A stretch of DNA of 64,000 nucleotides, from the NCBI GenBank assembly GCA_963664195.1, contig OY760907.1:704001-768000 (forward strand), given 5' to 3'. The notes under the pieces are model-generated. The model worked only from the letters and a program-made list of their open reading frames with translations. It ran no database searches and was not told where the DNA came from. Shown in pieces: positions 40,539 through 51,402 of this stretch. The DNA is from an uncultured candidate division Zixibacteria bacterium. GTDB lineage: Bacteria; Zixibacteria; MSB-5A5; GN15; FEB-12. Each line of letters begins with the position of its first letter. Position 1 is the first letter of the stretch. The position numbers and the translations under genes are program-made.

Positions 40539-41708
40539 ATGTCATCCAGGCACTATTTGGGAATCATCATGTTGGGGCTGCTTGTCATCGTTTCATCGGT
40601 GATAGCAGGAGACAAGCCAAGCATGGAGATTAACTGGTACGGCTACGTCAAGCTTGACGCGTCGTACGATCAAAATCCGACCAGCCACGGCAATTTCGCC
40701 ATGTGGGTCCTGCCGGGAACTCAGGCACAAAACGCGCCGCAGTTCAACATGACCCACAAGTCATCCCGATTCGGATTCGCGGCCAAAGAGTCAGGCGATT
40801 CCGATACGAAGGTCGGCGGGAAAATCGAATTCGACATGTACGGTGGCGGTGGCACCGAGAACAAGGCGCTCCTGTTGCTCAGACATGCATACTTCACGGT
40901 GCAGTCCGGCAACCTCAAACTGCTCGCGGGACAGAGTTGGGATTTGATCGCTCCGCTGAACCCGTCGACACTGAACTACCCGGTCCTCTGGGGAGCAGGT
41001 AACATTCAGTATCGACGTCCGCAGGTGAGCTTGTTCTACACCATGAATCCCTCCAATTCAACCAGTATGACGTGGGCCGGCGGTGTTTTCCGCACAATCG
41101 GCAACGACCTTACGCCCACCTTCACCCTCGCCACCGGGGAAACTTCGGACGGCGTCGATGACGGCACAGATGCCGCTATTCCGTCGGTGCAGGGACTGCT
41201 CGACGTCAAGCACAAATTCGGCTCTGGCGCTTCCGTTCGTGCCGGTGTTTCCGGACTGTACGGCCGTCTGAAATCAGAGACCAGTCTCGGCAATTCGCAG
41301 ACGTACGAGTCATGGGCAACTGTCGGTCACCTGGCAGTCAGTTTCGCCAACGGCATGGGTTTCTCCGGCGAAGCATGGATGGGATCAAACCTCGGCTCCT
41401 ACTTCGGCAGCATCCTCAATACAAACCGCATCGATGGTCTGGCATCCAAGGGTGGATGGACCTCGGCCTGGGTGAAGCCTCACTCAAAGGTCAAGCTCAC
41501 GGTCGGCGGCAGCATGGATGATCCGGACGACGCGGATCTGAGCAGCGGGAACCGATCGCGCAACCAGGCGATCTTCGGGAACATCAAATACAATCTCGTC
41601 CAGCGAGTGACTATCGGACTGGAAGTGACACAGTGGGAGACGAAGTACAAAGACGCGGCCACGTCGAAAGCGACCCGTGTCGAGTCTTCGTTCATAATGA
41701 ACTTCTAG
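40539..41708 (+). CDS. Outer-membrane porin, DcaP-like
   Basis: Signal peptide, YGYVKLD, SRFG, IEFD, LRHAY, LAGQSW, terminal Phe. Confidence 0.8.
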   Translation: MSSRHYLGIIMLGLLVIVSSVIAGDKPSMEINWYGYVKLDASYDQNPTSHGNFAMWVLPGTQAQNAPQFNMTHKSSRFGFAAKESGDSDTKVGGKIEFDMYGGGGTENKALLLLRHAYFTVQSGNLKLLAGQSWDLIAPLNPSTLNYPVLWGAGNIQYRRPQVSLFYTMNPSNSTSMTWAGGVFRTIGNDLTPTFTLATGETSDGVDDGTDAAIPSVQGLLDVKHKFGSGASVRAGVSGLYGRLKSETSLGNSQTYESWATVGHLAVSFANGMGFSGEAWMGSNLGSYFGSILNTNRIDGLASKGGWTSAWVKPHSKVKLTVGGSMDDPDDADLSSGNRSRNQAIFGNIKYNLVQRVTIGLEVTQWETKYKDAATSKATRVESSFIMNF

Positions 41709-41772
41709 ACGCTCACTCAAAATGCTGACAATCGGACAAAAAAGAAATTTCAAATCGCAAGGAGGAATCGCG

Positions 41773-43047
41773 ATGAAACGCGCTATTCACTTGTTTCTAA
41801 TACTGGCCTTAGCGGCTATGACGGCATCGCCCGTACTGTGCAGTGAGACAATTAAGCTCGGACTGAATTACCCCAAGACGGGACCGTACATGGTTCAGGG
41901 ATTGGATCAATATCGCGCGGCCACAATGGCCGTGGAGGAAATCAATGCCGCCGGCGGCATTCTTGGCAAGCAGGTTGAACTGGTGTGGACGGACTCAAAG
42001 TCCAACGCCGATATCTCCACGGCAAACGCCCACAATCTGATAGACCAGCAAGACGTCAAGATGATCTTTGGCGGTTCCTCCAGCGGCGTGGCCTGTGCTG
42101 TCGGCGACGTTTGCCAGCAGAGTGGCATACCGTTCTTTGGAACGTTGACCTATTCCACCGCAACCACAGGCACGAAAGCACATCGCCACACATTCCGCGA
42201 ATGCTATGATGCCTGGATGGGCGCCAAAGCTCTGGCCGACTACCTCAAAGCGAATTTCCCGAATAAAAAGTATATGTATATCACGGCAGACTATACCTGG
42301 GGCTGGACAACGGAAGCCTCCGTCCGCAAGCTATCCGGAACCGAGGATGTCGAGGCACACAAGGGTATCCTCACTCCTCTCGGCACCAAAGACTTCAGCA
42401 AGCAGTTGGCCCTTGCCAACATGGTGAAGCCGGACGTGCTGGTTCTGGTTCTCTTTGGAAACGACATGGTCAATGCCGTCCGTCAGGCGACCACCATGGG
42501 TCTGAAAACAAGCACACAGATCGTGGTGCCGAACCTCACTCTCGGGATGGCCGAGGGTGGCGGCCCGAAAGTCATGGAAGGCGTCGTGGGGTCGCTGCCG
42601 TGGTGCTGGCAGGTACCGTACAAGTACAATTACACTCGCGGTCAGAAGTTCGTTGAAGACTATGCGGCCAAATACAACCGGTATCCGAGCACATCGGGGG
42701 CCTCTGCTTACACTATTGTGTACGAGTACAAGGACGCCGTCGAACGTGCCGGAAGTGTCGCGTCTGCTGACGTTATCAAGGCTCTGGAAGGCCACACGTA
42801 CACGCTTCTGAAGGATTCTCAGACCTGGCGGGAATGGGACCATCAGTCGGTACAGACTGTGTTTGCGGTCAAGTGCAAGCCGCAGGCTGAGGTGATGAAA
42901 GACAAGTACAAGTTGGACTTCTTTGAAATCATCAACAGTGTTACCGGTGATCAGGCCGCTGTCACGAAGGCCGAGTGGCAGGCCGTCAGAACGCAGGCCG
43001 GGTTGGCTGCGGAATTGGAGCCGCTGAAGGCAATGGCCAGCGAATAG
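41773..43047 (+). CDS. Periplasmic substrate-binding protein, Liv/PBP1 type
   Basis: GGAGG RBS; IKLGLNYPKTGPY, AVEEINAAGGILG, ADYTWG. Confidence 0.9.
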   Translation: MKRAIHLFLILALAAMTASPVLCSETIKLGLNYPKTGPYMVQGLDQYRAATMAVEEINAAGGILGKQVELVWTDSKSNADISTANAHNLIDQQDVKMIFGGSSSGVACAVGDVCQQSGIPFFGTLTYSTATTGTKAHRHTFRECYDAWMGAKALADYLKANFPNKKYMYITADYTWGWTTEASVRKLSGTEDVEAHKGILTPLGTKDFSKQLALANMVKPDVLVLVLFGNDMVNAVRQATTMGLKTSTQIVVPNLTLGMAEGGGPKVMEGVVGSLPWCWQVPYKYNYTRGQKFVEDYAAKYNRYPSTSGASAYTIVYEYKDAVERAGSVASADVIKALEGHTYTLLKDSQTWREWDHQSVQTVFAVKCKPQAEVMKDKYKLDFFEIINSVTGDQAAVTKAEWQAVRTQAGLAAELEPLKAMASE

Positions 43048-43056
43048 TTACTGTGT

Positions 43057-43091
43057 TGAGCGGATCGGTGCTACGTTGCCGGTCCGCTCAA
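43057..43091 (+). other. Stable intergenic hairpin between the binding protein and MCP genes
   Basis: TTGAGCGGATCGG...CCGGTCCGCTCAA, no U-tract. Confidence 0.55.
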
Positions 43092-43152
43092 GAGTATTCG
43101 ACTATTCGCGACAGAAGTCCGAAACAAATCGGGCTCAATCAAAGGGAAACAC

Positions 43153-45267
43153 ATGCTCAAGTGGAATATAAGGAATCAGATTCTGGCGGCGGGGGGCGTC
43201 AGTCTGCTAGTCATTGTGGGAGTCATTGCAAACTTCTACAACTTCTCCAAGAACGAATTCAGATCCAGCAGTCGGGAACTGATTCAGATGACTAGCGCAC
43301 AGTCCGCCAACGAAATTAACCGAAGCTTTGCCGCCATGTCCAGAGTCTTCGGTGAGTGGACAAAAGACGACGTCTTTGGTATGGCGATCGAGTTCAACAC
43401 GACTGAAGAACTTCGACAGCAGTTTGACCGATGGCTGGGAAGCTCAACGGGGTTCTCGCTGGTCGTGCTTGTCGATGAACGAGGCACCGTCCTGGAGGCA
43501 GCAGGGGCGGCACCGCTATCGGATGCTGTCACAAGCTTGCCCGGCCGGAGTCTGCCGGAAGTAAACTTTGTCACTGACAAAAACACGGCTCAGACGGTGT
43601 ATGCAAAGAGCAAAACGCTTACTGACCTTGGGCTGGACCAAAGCGATTGCTACCTGTTTTACTACCCGGCTCACAATCTGAGCGGTAAATCCAACGGCGG
43701 ATTGCTGGCGTTCTCTGACTGGTCCATCATCGACGCCCACACGCAGGAATGCATGAGTGCTCTGGCCGAACGGGGCTACGCGGAAGCAAGAGTGATGCTG
43801 GCCTACCCCAATGGCGTGACAGGCCCGGCCTCTTACGCGTCCAAAGCAGCCGGCAGTCTCAACCAATCTGACTATGACGTCGTGTCTGGTTGGATAAGCG
43901 CGGCAGTCGACAATACCGTCACTTCCAAGAACCTCGCCGACGAAACTGTATTGGTCGGTGTGAACAAGGTGGCATCACCGACATTGACAACTGACGAAAG
44001 GGGTGCCTCCTCAGGACCCGTCTTTCTGACGATCGTCCAGGAGAGCGAAGTCATGGCCAAGTTGAACGAGGCTTTGGTCGTGGTATTGCTGATCGGTGTG
44101 ATCGGCGTTCTTGTGGTTCTTGGAATCAATTACTTTATCGCCCGAAGAATCGCCAGCCGCATCACCCGTGGTGCAGCCGTGGCAAAGGGAATGGCCGCCG
44201 GTGATGCCGATCAGGAGATCGACATTCGCGGAAATGATGAACTCGGTGAACTTGGGGCCGCATTCAGGGATCTGGCGGTCTACTTCAAGGACATGTCGCA
44301 GGCCGCCGGACGAATAGCCGAGCGTGATCTGACGATAGTCGTTGAACCGAGGTCGGATCGCGACGTGCTTGGCATCGCTTTCAAAACCATGACCACTAAT
44401 CTCACCGGAATGGTACGCCAACTCACCGATAATGCGGGGCAATTAGTATCTGCTGCCGGCGAGATATCCTCCTCCTCGGACGAGATGTCACGGGGCGCAA
44501 ACGAGCAGACCCAGCAAATGTCCCAGATATCAGCCGCGATCGAAGAAATGGCGGCAACGATTGTCGAGTCATCGAGAAACGCGGGCGACGCAACCGATGC
44601 CTCCAACTCCGCGGCGGGCAACGCTGTCGAGGGAGGGAAGGTAGTCGCAGAAACAATTCAAGGGATGCAACGTATCTCGACGGTCGTACGCCGATCGGCT
44701 GATTCAATCAGCAAGCTGGCGACATCCGCTGACCAGATTGGAGAAATCGTCAGCGTCATCGACGACATCGCCGATCAGACCAACCTGCTGGCCCTCAACG
44801 CCGCGATCGAAGCTGCTCGGGCTGGAGAACAGGGGCGCGGTTTTGCTGTTGTTGCCGACGAAGTCCGCAAACTCGCCGAACGCACGGGAAGTGCAACTCG
44901 TGAGATAACGGAAATGATCAAAGGCATCCAGACAGAAACCCAAGAGGCTGTGGAGGCCATGGAAACGGGTACGTCTGAAGTTGACAACGGTCGTGAACTG
45001 GCGGACAAAGCCGGCATGAGCCTCAATGAGATTGTCCAGGTGTCCCAGCAGGTGATGGACATGATTCGGCAGATTGCCGTGGCCACGGACGAACAGTCGG
45101 CAGCAGCGGAACAGATTTCGAAAAACGTCGAACAGGTCTCAGCGATCACTCGTGAGACTGCCACCGGCGCCGAGCAATCTGCAAAAGCCGCCGAAGAGTT
45201 GAATCGACAGGCCGAAGACATGCAGGAAATGGTTCGGCAGTTTAAGGTCGAATATCAAAACCGATAA
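43153..45267 (+). CDS. Methyl-accepting chemotaxis protein (Cache-like periplasmic domain, HAMP)
   Basis: 2 TM, HAMP, conserved signalling hairpin. Confidence 0.95.
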   Translation: MLKWNIRNQILAAGGVSLLVIVGVIANFYNFSKNEFRSSSRELIQMTSAQSANEINRSFAAMSRVFGEWTKDDVFGMAIEFNTTEELRQQFDRWLGSSTGFSLVVLVDERGTVLEAAGAAPLSDAVTSLPGRSLPEVNFVTDKNTAQTVYAKSKTLTDLGLDQSDCYLFYYPAHNLSGKSNGGLLAFSDWSIIDAHTQECMSALAERGYAEARVMLAYPNGVTGPASYASKAAGSLNQSDYDVVSGWISAAVDNTVTSKNLADETVLVGVNKVASPTLTTDERGASSGPVFLTIVQESEVMAKLNEALVVVLLIGVIGVLVVLGINYFIARRIASRITRGAAVAKGMAAGDADQEIDIRGNDELGELGAAFRDLAVYFKDMSQAAGRIAERDLTIVVEPRSDRDVLGIAFKTMTTNLTGMVRQLTDNAGQLVSAAGEISSSSDEMSRGANEQTQQMSQISAAIEEMAATIVESSRNAGDATDASNSAAGNAVEGGKVVAETIQGMQRISTVVRRSADSISKLATSADQIGEIVSVIDDIADQTNLLALNAAIEAARAGEQGRGFAVVADEVRKLAERTGSATREITEMIKGIQTETQEAVEAMETGTSEVDNGRELADKAGMSLNEIVQVSQQVMDMIRQIAVATDEQSAAAEQISKNVEQVSAITRETATGAEQSAKAAEELNRQAEDMQEMVRQFKVEYQNR

Positions 45268-45613
45268 CGGCCTCTGACAGAAACGCATTCGTGACCTCAG
45301 AGTAGGCGGGCGGCAATCGACAGGTTGACGCCCGCTCTCAACTCGTTACACAACATCCATTCATCTGATTGTCCTGACACACCACATCTTCCTTCCCATC
45401 GAAATATCGACGAATCCCGCAAAGATCGCCCGCATAATACATTACAGACATCCGGGAAAAACAGCACCAAAGGGTACACATAAACACGTTCGAGAGCCGA
45501 TCTGGGCGAGACTGCAAGTTGCAGTCCTGCGAGCGATTTGGGGTTGCCTAACAGACCGATCCGTCATATTTTCACTTGGGAAACAGTATTGCGATTGACA
45601 AACGGAGTCCTCT

Positions 45614-46804
45614 GTGGAAAACCTGATATACCTCGATAATGCCGCGACCTCCTGGCCCAAGCCGGATAAGGTCTATGATTTCATGGTGAAGTTCTACCGC
45701 GACTGTGGCGTCAACCCCGGACGGAGCGGATTCGATGCCGCTATCGAGGCTGGCAATATCCTTGAAGACCTTCGCCTCAAAATGACGCGGTTCTTCGGCG
45801 GCGACGAAGTTACACCGGAAAGACTATGTTTCGGCTATAACGCTACCGACGCTCTCAACCTGCTCCTCCAGGGGACGCTCGCTGAAGGCGATCATGTCGT
45901 AACCACCAATCTCGAACATAATTCGGTCATTCGACCGATCAATCATCTGGTCCGCGACGGTGGAGTCGAAGCTACGTTCCTCCCGTTCAACGACCAGGGT
46001 TTCATAGATCCGGATGATATTGCAAAGGCGATCAAAACCAACACCAAACTGGTGATCGTCAACCACGGTTCCAACGTACTGGGAACGGTCCAGCCTGTCC
46101 GAGAGATCGGTCGCCTCTGCAAAGAGAAAGATATTCTGTTCGCCATTGATGCCTCTCAGACAGGAGGCATGGTACCGATCAACATGACCGAGATGAATGT
46201 CGACATGCTGGCTTTCACTGGTCACAAGTCGCTCATGGGTTCAACCGGCATCGGCGGTATCTGCGTCCGCAAAGATGTCGTCCTGCGTCATACCCGCTCC
46301 GGCGGCACCGGCGTACGGTCGGCCTTCCCGTATCATCTGGACGAGTATCCGTACCGCATGGAATACGGCACACCTAATATGGTCGGCATCGCCTCGCTCT
46401 GGGCAGGCCAGGAGTGGATCAAAGAACAGGGTGGTGTCGAGGCTATCCACGCTCAAGAGATGAAACTGGCCAACAAACTGGTCGACGCGTTCAAACAAAC
46501 CGAGGGCGTCATCACCTATTGCTGCAACAGTATGAAAGATCATCTCTCTACTGTGACGATGAACATCGAAGGACTTGAGGCCGGCGATGTCGGTATCATG
46601 CTCGACGTGGATCACAATATCGCCACCCGTACCGGCCTGCATTGCGCCCCGCTGGTACACCAGCAGATCGGCACGATGAAGATTCACGGTGGTGTTCGAT
46701 TCGCGATCGGACCGTTCAACACGGAGGAACATGTCGACACAGCGATCAGCGCGGTAGCCGAAATCGCAGCCGACGCCAAGAAGCGGCAGACTGCCGCGCA
46801 TTAG
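45614..46804 (+). CDS. Class V PLP enzyme, cysteine desulfurase-family
   Basis: YLDNAATSWPKP, EHNSV, FTGHKSL, RTGLHCAP. Confidence 0.9.
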   Translation: MENLIYLDNAATSWPKPDKVYDFMVKFYRDCGVNPGRSGFDAAIEAGNILEDLRLKMTRFFGGDEVTPERLCFGYNATDALNLLLQGTLAEGDHVVTTNLEHNSVIRPINHLVRDGGVEATFLPFNDQGFIDPDDIAKAIKTNTKLVIVNHGSNVLGTVQPVREIGRLCKEKDILFAIDASQTGGMVPINMTEMNVDMLAFTGHKSLMGSTGIGGICVRKDVVLRHTRSGGTGVRSAFPYHLDEYPYRMEYGTPNMVGIASLWAGQEWIKEQGGVEAIHAQEMKLANKLVDAFKQTEGVITYCCNSMKDHLSTVTMNIEGLEAGDVGIMLDVDHNIATRTGLHCAPLVHQQIGTMKIHGGVRFAIGPFNTEEHVDTAISAVAEIAADAKKRQTAAH

Positions 46805-46819
46805 TCTGCTCGACAGGAC

Positions 46820-46895
46820 GTAGGTCGAAACCAACGCAACCCCGTTGCCCTGCGGTTTCGACTCTGATGTCAAAACCACAGGGATTTTGACCTAC
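46820..46895. repeat. REP doublet, family 2 (GTAGGTCRAAA...TTTYGAC), inverted pair; single copy at 62819-62845
   Basis: GTAG-led hairpins facing each other. Confidence 0.7.
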
Positions 46896-46918
46896 TATTG
46901 AATCAGCTCAAACACTGC

Positions 46919-46951
46919 AAACGGCGGGCACTTGCAAGTGCTCGCCGTTTT
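46919..46951. terminator. Bidirectional terminator
   Basis: AAACGGCGGGCACTTGCAAGTGCTCGCCGTTTT between convergent genes. Confidence 0.75.
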
Positions 46952-47010
46952 CATCTTGTGGGCGGCAGATGATAACCTGCCCCAACCTCACGAGTTAAGA
47001 ACGAACCCGG

Positions 47011-47220
47011 CTATTGCTGGCCGTTGGACAGCGAGACAAACGTCTGCTTCCCCTTGACTGCGTAGTCGATCTTGTTTTCGCGGGCCAGCCAACCCAATGC
47101 CTGGTAGACGATTACTTCCCGCTCCTTAAGCAGTTTCGGGAGTTTCGATACGCCGATCCGTTCCTCATGCTTCAGCGTGTCCCAGATTCTTCCGGCCGTA
47201 TCTCCGATATGCGTCTTCAT
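47011..47220 (-). CDS. Small winged-helix protein (DUF2582-like)
   Basis: IGDTAGRIW...QALGWLARENKI; GGGAGAGG RBS. Confidence 0.85.
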   Translation of the reverse strand: MKTHIGDTAGRIWDTLKHEERIGVSKLPKLLKEREVIVYQALGWLARENKIDYAVKGKQTFVSLSNGQQ

Positions 47221-47477
47221 AGCCTCTCCCTCGTGTTTCAGACTGCATCTGTCAGCAGAATGTGTTTCGGTGCAAATAGGTTGTCAACTTAAACACGGAT
47301 ACAGGGTCAAAGGTTTTGCCAAAATTCTGCGCAGAAATGACTAAATCTGACCAGCCTCATTTTTTTCTAACTTGCGCGTATAACCGTGACGACACTATAT
47401 AGTGAGAAGTGGCAATACCGTTGCTCTCAGGTCATATCGGTTTTGATAAGATGACAATTTTTGCAGCCGGAGGTGTT

Positions 47478-48551
47478 ATGCCTGAACGAATTACGAGATA
47501 TCTATGTCTGGCTCTTGCGGTGCTGTTCATGGCCGGGAATGCTTCATCCGACAGCCTCGCTGCAGGAATCACGGCCGATCACTCGGTCATACAGAATTTT
47601 GACCAGATCCCGGATTCCACACTTCAGAAGATTGCCGACAATTTTAGATTCTACTACGGCCACACCTCCCACGGGTCACAGATCATGAGTGGTCTCGATA
47701 TAGTCGAGGCGGAAAACGCCCGCTACGTACAGCCGTATTTTCAGGAAGTATCCACAGACCTCGGGCACAACGGTGACACTGCCTGGGTACCGCTAACCCG
47801 TGCGTATCTGAATGCAAACCCGACCTGCAACTACGTCATGTGGTCCTGGTGCGCCGGTGTTTCGGACAACACTGAAGCCGGCATCAACATCTATCTCAAT
47901 GCCATGCACGGCCTCGAGATGGACTACCCGACCATCACCTTCATTTACATGACCGGTCATCTCGACGGCACCGGTCCGACGGGCAATCTCTACCAGCGTA
48001 ACAATCAGATTCGTACCTGGTGCGACGATAACAACAAGATACTGTTCGACTTCGCCGATATCGAAAGCTACGACCCTAACGGTGCCTACTACCCAAACGA
48101 GTCCGACGCCTGCGGCTGGTGCAGTGATTGGTGCACCGCACACTCCTGCGAGACCTGCGTCAGTTGTGCTCATTCACATTGTTTCAACTGCTATCAGAAG
48201 GCCAAAGCGTTCTGGTGGCTGCTGGCGACTGTCGATGGCTGGAGTATGCCGCTTGACGTTGATGACCCGACCGATCCGTCATTACCGCAGAGCTTCCGTC
48301 TCAAGCAGAACTACCCGAACCCGTTCAACCCGGTGACGAATATCCGGTTTGATCTGCCGAAAGCGAGTAGCGTGAAACTCGAAGTCTATGACCTGCTGGG
48401 TAGCAAAGTCGCGACTCTCGCCGACGAGTATCTGCGCGCCGGACTGCACTCTTTTTCCTGGGACGGCTCCGAGGCCGCCAGCGGAGTGTACCTGTATCGT
48501 CTCGAGACTGATTACGGCAGCGAAGCCAAGAAGATGCTGTTGTTGAAATGA
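47478..48551 (+). CDS. Secreted protein with T9SS type-A-like C-terminal sorting domain
   Basis: GGAGG RBS, signal peptide, YGHTSHGSQ catalytic-like domain, Cys cluster, LKQNYPNPFNP...SGVYLYRL...KKMLLLK. Confidence 0.88.
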   Translation: MPERITRYLCLALAVLFMAGNASSDSLAAGITADHSVIQNFDQIPDSTLQKIADNFRFYYGHTSHGSQIMSGLDIVEAENARYVQPYFQEVSTDLGHNGDTAWVPLTRAYLNANPTCNYVMWSWCAGVSDNTEAGINIYLNAMHGLEMDYPTITFIYMTGHLDGTGPTGNLYQRNNQIRTWCDDNNKILFDFADIESYDPNGAYYPNESDACGWCSDWCTAHSCETCVSCAHSHCFNCYQKAKAFWWLLATVDGWSMPLDVDDPTDPSLPQSFRLKQNYPNPFNPVTNIRFDLPKASSVKLEVYDLLGSKVATLADEYLRAGLHSFSWDGSEAASGVYLYRLETDYGSEAKKMLLLK

Positions 48552-48595
48552 GGGAATAACCGTCGGGTTGTCTTCGGTACTCCGCCCAGAGTGAA

Positions 48596-48670
48596 GCCAT
48601 TAATGGCGGAGCCATTCATGGTGGAGTCATTCATGGCGGAGCCATTCATGGCGGAGCCACTTGTGGCGGA
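48596..48670. repeat. 15-bp tandem palindromic repeat x5 (GCCATTCATGGCGGA)
   Basis: Direct reading, between convergent genes. Confidence 0.85.
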
Positions 48671-48682
48671 ACGTCGGGTGGG

Positions 48683-49546
48683 TTACAACTCCCCGATCCT
48701 CTTCAACTTCTCCAAAAACTCATGCCGCTCGACCTTGGAGAGGCCGGCCTGTTTCATCGATTCGTCGTCGGGGGAGAAGCCGTCGAGAGCGGACTTCAAG
48801 ACACGGAGTTCGGCTTTCGAGAATCTCGCACCGCCCACGATGTAGTCATCGAACGCCTCCATCGTCATCGGACAGATCGCAGCGACAATCTCCGCCATCT
48901 TCTCGGCGTACAGACGAATCTCCATCTGGGCGTGTGAGTCCATGCGCAATCGAAGGAAATGCAGCAGATTGTGCAGGTCGATCTTCCAGTACCACTCGGT
49001 GTAGAGCGACAATGGCAGACTAATCCGTGACAACTCGCGAGCGAGACCGGTATCGATGAATTTCTTGTAGTTGGCAAAAACATCCTTCTGTGACGACGCC
49101 AGATATTCGAGGAATTCCTGCTGGAGGTCTTCCGGGACGTTTTCATCCGAACGCCCCTGCATGTTGACCTCGGATTGGAACCGAATATCCTCGGCACGGG
49201 GGACGTAGAACTCGTCTTTCATGACGGAGTAACGCCCGGAGTACTCGTTGACGTTGGCCGTGCGGTGCCTAATCCATTGGCGGGCAACGAATATGGGCAG
49301 CTTGACGTGGAACTTGAATTCGACCATCTCAAACGGGGAGGTGTGCGCATGCCCGAGCAGGTAGCGAATAAGCTCACGGTCGCGGGATTTCTTGGTGGTG
49401 CCGGCGCCGTAGGAGACGCGGGCAGCCTGGACTATAGCGGCGTCGGACCCCATAAAATCGACCAGTCTTACGAACCCATGGTCGAGAATCTGGAATTCTT
49501 TATTGAGGACAGCATCGATTTCGGGGGTTATTTCTTCACGCGCCAT
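48683..49546 (-). CDS. thyX: FAD-dependent thymidylate synthase
   Basis: AARVSY, HTSPFE, RQWIRHRTANVNEYSGRY, HAQMEIR. Confidence 0.95.
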   Translation of the reverse strand: MAREEITPEIDAVLNKEFQILDHGFVRLVDFMGSDAAIVQAARVSYGAGTTKKSRDRELIRYLLGHAHTSPFEMVEFKFHVKLPIFVARQWIRHRTANVNEYSGRYSVMKDEFYVPRAEDIRFQSEVNMQGRSDENVPEDLQQEFLEYLASSQKDVFANYKKFIDTGLARELSRISLPLSLYTEWYWKIDLHNLLHFLRLRMDSHAQMEIRLYAEKMAEIVAAICPMTMEAFDDYIVGGARFSKAELRVLKSALDGFSPDDESMKQAGLSKVERHEFLEKLKRIGEL

Positions 49547-49646
49547 AGTTCTCAATCCTATAATGAGTCACACTTTGTGGGCGGCAGACGCCAGCGACAC
49601 CGTGTGTCCCGTCTGCCCCAGCCTCACCTATTACGCTCCAGCCTCT

Positions 49647-50076
49647 TGTCGAAGTGTGCACCGCCTACAAATGAGTCATGCTGAGCCTGTCGAAGTGTGC
49701 ACCGCCTACAAATAAGTCATGCTGAGCCTGTCGAAGTGTGCACCGCTACAAATAAGTCATGCTGAGCCTGTCGAAGTGTGCACCGCTACAAATAAGTCAT
49801 GCTGAGCCTGTCGAAGTGTGCACCGCTACAAATAAGTCATGCTGAGCCTGTCGAAGTGTGCACCGCTACAAATAAGTCATGCTGAGCCTGTCGAAGTGTG
49901 CACCGCTACAAATAAGTCATGCTGAGCCTGTCGAAGTGTGCACCGCTACAAATAAGTCATGCTGAGCCTGTCGAAGTGTGCACCGCTACAAATAAGTCAT
50001 GCTGAGCCTGTCGAAGTGTGCACCTTGTTCAAGAGCCAATCAAGCAACGCAGACTTCGACAGGCTCAGCCTGACTT
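49647..50076. repeat. 40/41-bp tandem array (10 cores) closed by one inverted copy
   Basis: AAATAAGTCATGCTGAGCCTGTCGAAGTGTGCACCGCTAC units 49647-50024; ACTTCGACAGGCTCAGCCTGACTT at 50053-50076. Confidence 0.95.
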
Positions 50077-50217
50077 GATTGGTTGAACCTTGCTTAACCT
50101 GAAATCGCGCTTGATTGACCGTGTGGCGAATATAGGGGTTGGGGATTATCGGGGCAAGGGGTTTGGGAGAATGTGACTTTCACAGAGCCGCTGTGTTCCA
50201 CACCTGCCGCGAGACAG

Positions 50218-51119
50218 TTAGTCCGCAAGCCTATTCATATCTACGTCATATCCGGCAGCCTTGAGTTCGTAGAAACAGCCCTCAAGGCAACCTTCCGCTC
50301 CCATGATCTGTTGCCATCCATTATGGTTACCCAAACTTGGCCCTGCAAGTCAGAGGGCAACTCAACATCTGGCTCGCGCAAGACACATGTCTTGTTGCGA
50401 CCGATCCGCCCGTAGAAAAAACCCAGCTCGAAAATGACATTCTGTCGCGCTCGGGACTCCAGCTTACTGTGCTCCGTCCCTTTTCTACCACCGACATCGT
50501 CGGCTGAGAGTATGACAATTGCGTAGCCGACAGCCGCCTCTTGCTCAAACTTCTCGATCAGCGTTCTCCCTTGGTTCTGTTGCTCGTGGAGTATCACAGG
50601 GCGTAGCCCAAGCCTCTCAAGGAATCTGGCGACTTCAGTCTTATGCAATTCGTTGGCACCATGAACGATGAACACTGCATTAGACCGGGCCGAATCCGAC
50701 TGCGGACCGGAATCATCGGTTGGCTGCGACGCAAACTCGTCCATGAGGCCGAGTCGCTGATGAATAGACTCCAACCGCCTCACATTCTCCCGAACTCGGT
50801 CCCTGCAGAATTCTACCGCGTCCAAAGGCTTTCTGGAAACCTCGGGGATTACGTTGATGTACTTGTTGTAATCATCGAAGTATTCGGAGCCCGTGAATAT
50901 CTTCCTCAGCAGCTCACCGTTGTACTCAGACCATGTTGCCGCATCTCGTTCCAATGCGTCCATTTGCTCCTTTGTATTGATCTCTCGACCAACTAGGGCT
51001 TGTCCTATACTAATCTGATTGATCAGCTTGGACTCCGCCTCTGGACGCGGGATGGTCAACGTTGAAGGTCGCGTCGAAGCCTTTGCATCCGAAGCTCCGG
51101 TGGCCTTTTTGGCGGACAT
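50218..51119 (-). CDS. CAP12/Pycsar-type TIR-domain protein with C-terminal frameshift
   Basis: VFIVHG, LHEQ...GRTLIEKFE, RARQNVIFELGFF, ELPSDLQG; present frame stops at 50241, canonical-looking tail YELKAAGYDVDMNRLAD* ends at 50218 in another frame. Confidence 0.85.
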
Positions 51120-51278
51120 GCGTTTATCTCCTAAACAATTGTATAGAAATGGTTAAGCTCCGCTCATCCAATGATAACTCTTGAGGCGGCAGACATCAAT
51201 CTATAATCGTCCGGTCAGTCGATTCTTTCACCCCCTCCCCTCCCACTTGCCAACCGCCTCCCCACAACATATCTTGCA

Positions 51279-51402
51279 GGTTCTCTGGCACTCGGGACGA
51301 AACCCGAAGGCCAAACATCACGTACAAGCAAACTTGTACCGTCAAACTCGTAATTTCGGGCAATGGGGCGACGCAGCGGTTAAGACTGGGAAAGCCAGAG
51401 CC
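51279..51402 (+). ncRNA. Candidate structured leader RNA
   Basis: Closing stem CTCTGGC/GCCAGAG enclosing several hairpins, directly after a TTGCCA...TATCTT promoter-like sequence. Confidence 0.45.

Noticed and set aside
48110..48195. Heme-binding motifs in the sorting-domain protein
   Set aside because: Cys-rich but no true CxxCH; more likely disulfides or a metal site.
49647..50024. 40-bp repeats as a CRISPR array
   Set aside because: Identical head-to-tail units without spacers.
50241..51119. Complete CBASS/Pycsar/Thoeris system
   Set aside because: Only the TIR gene is present; neighbours are thyX and a peptidase.
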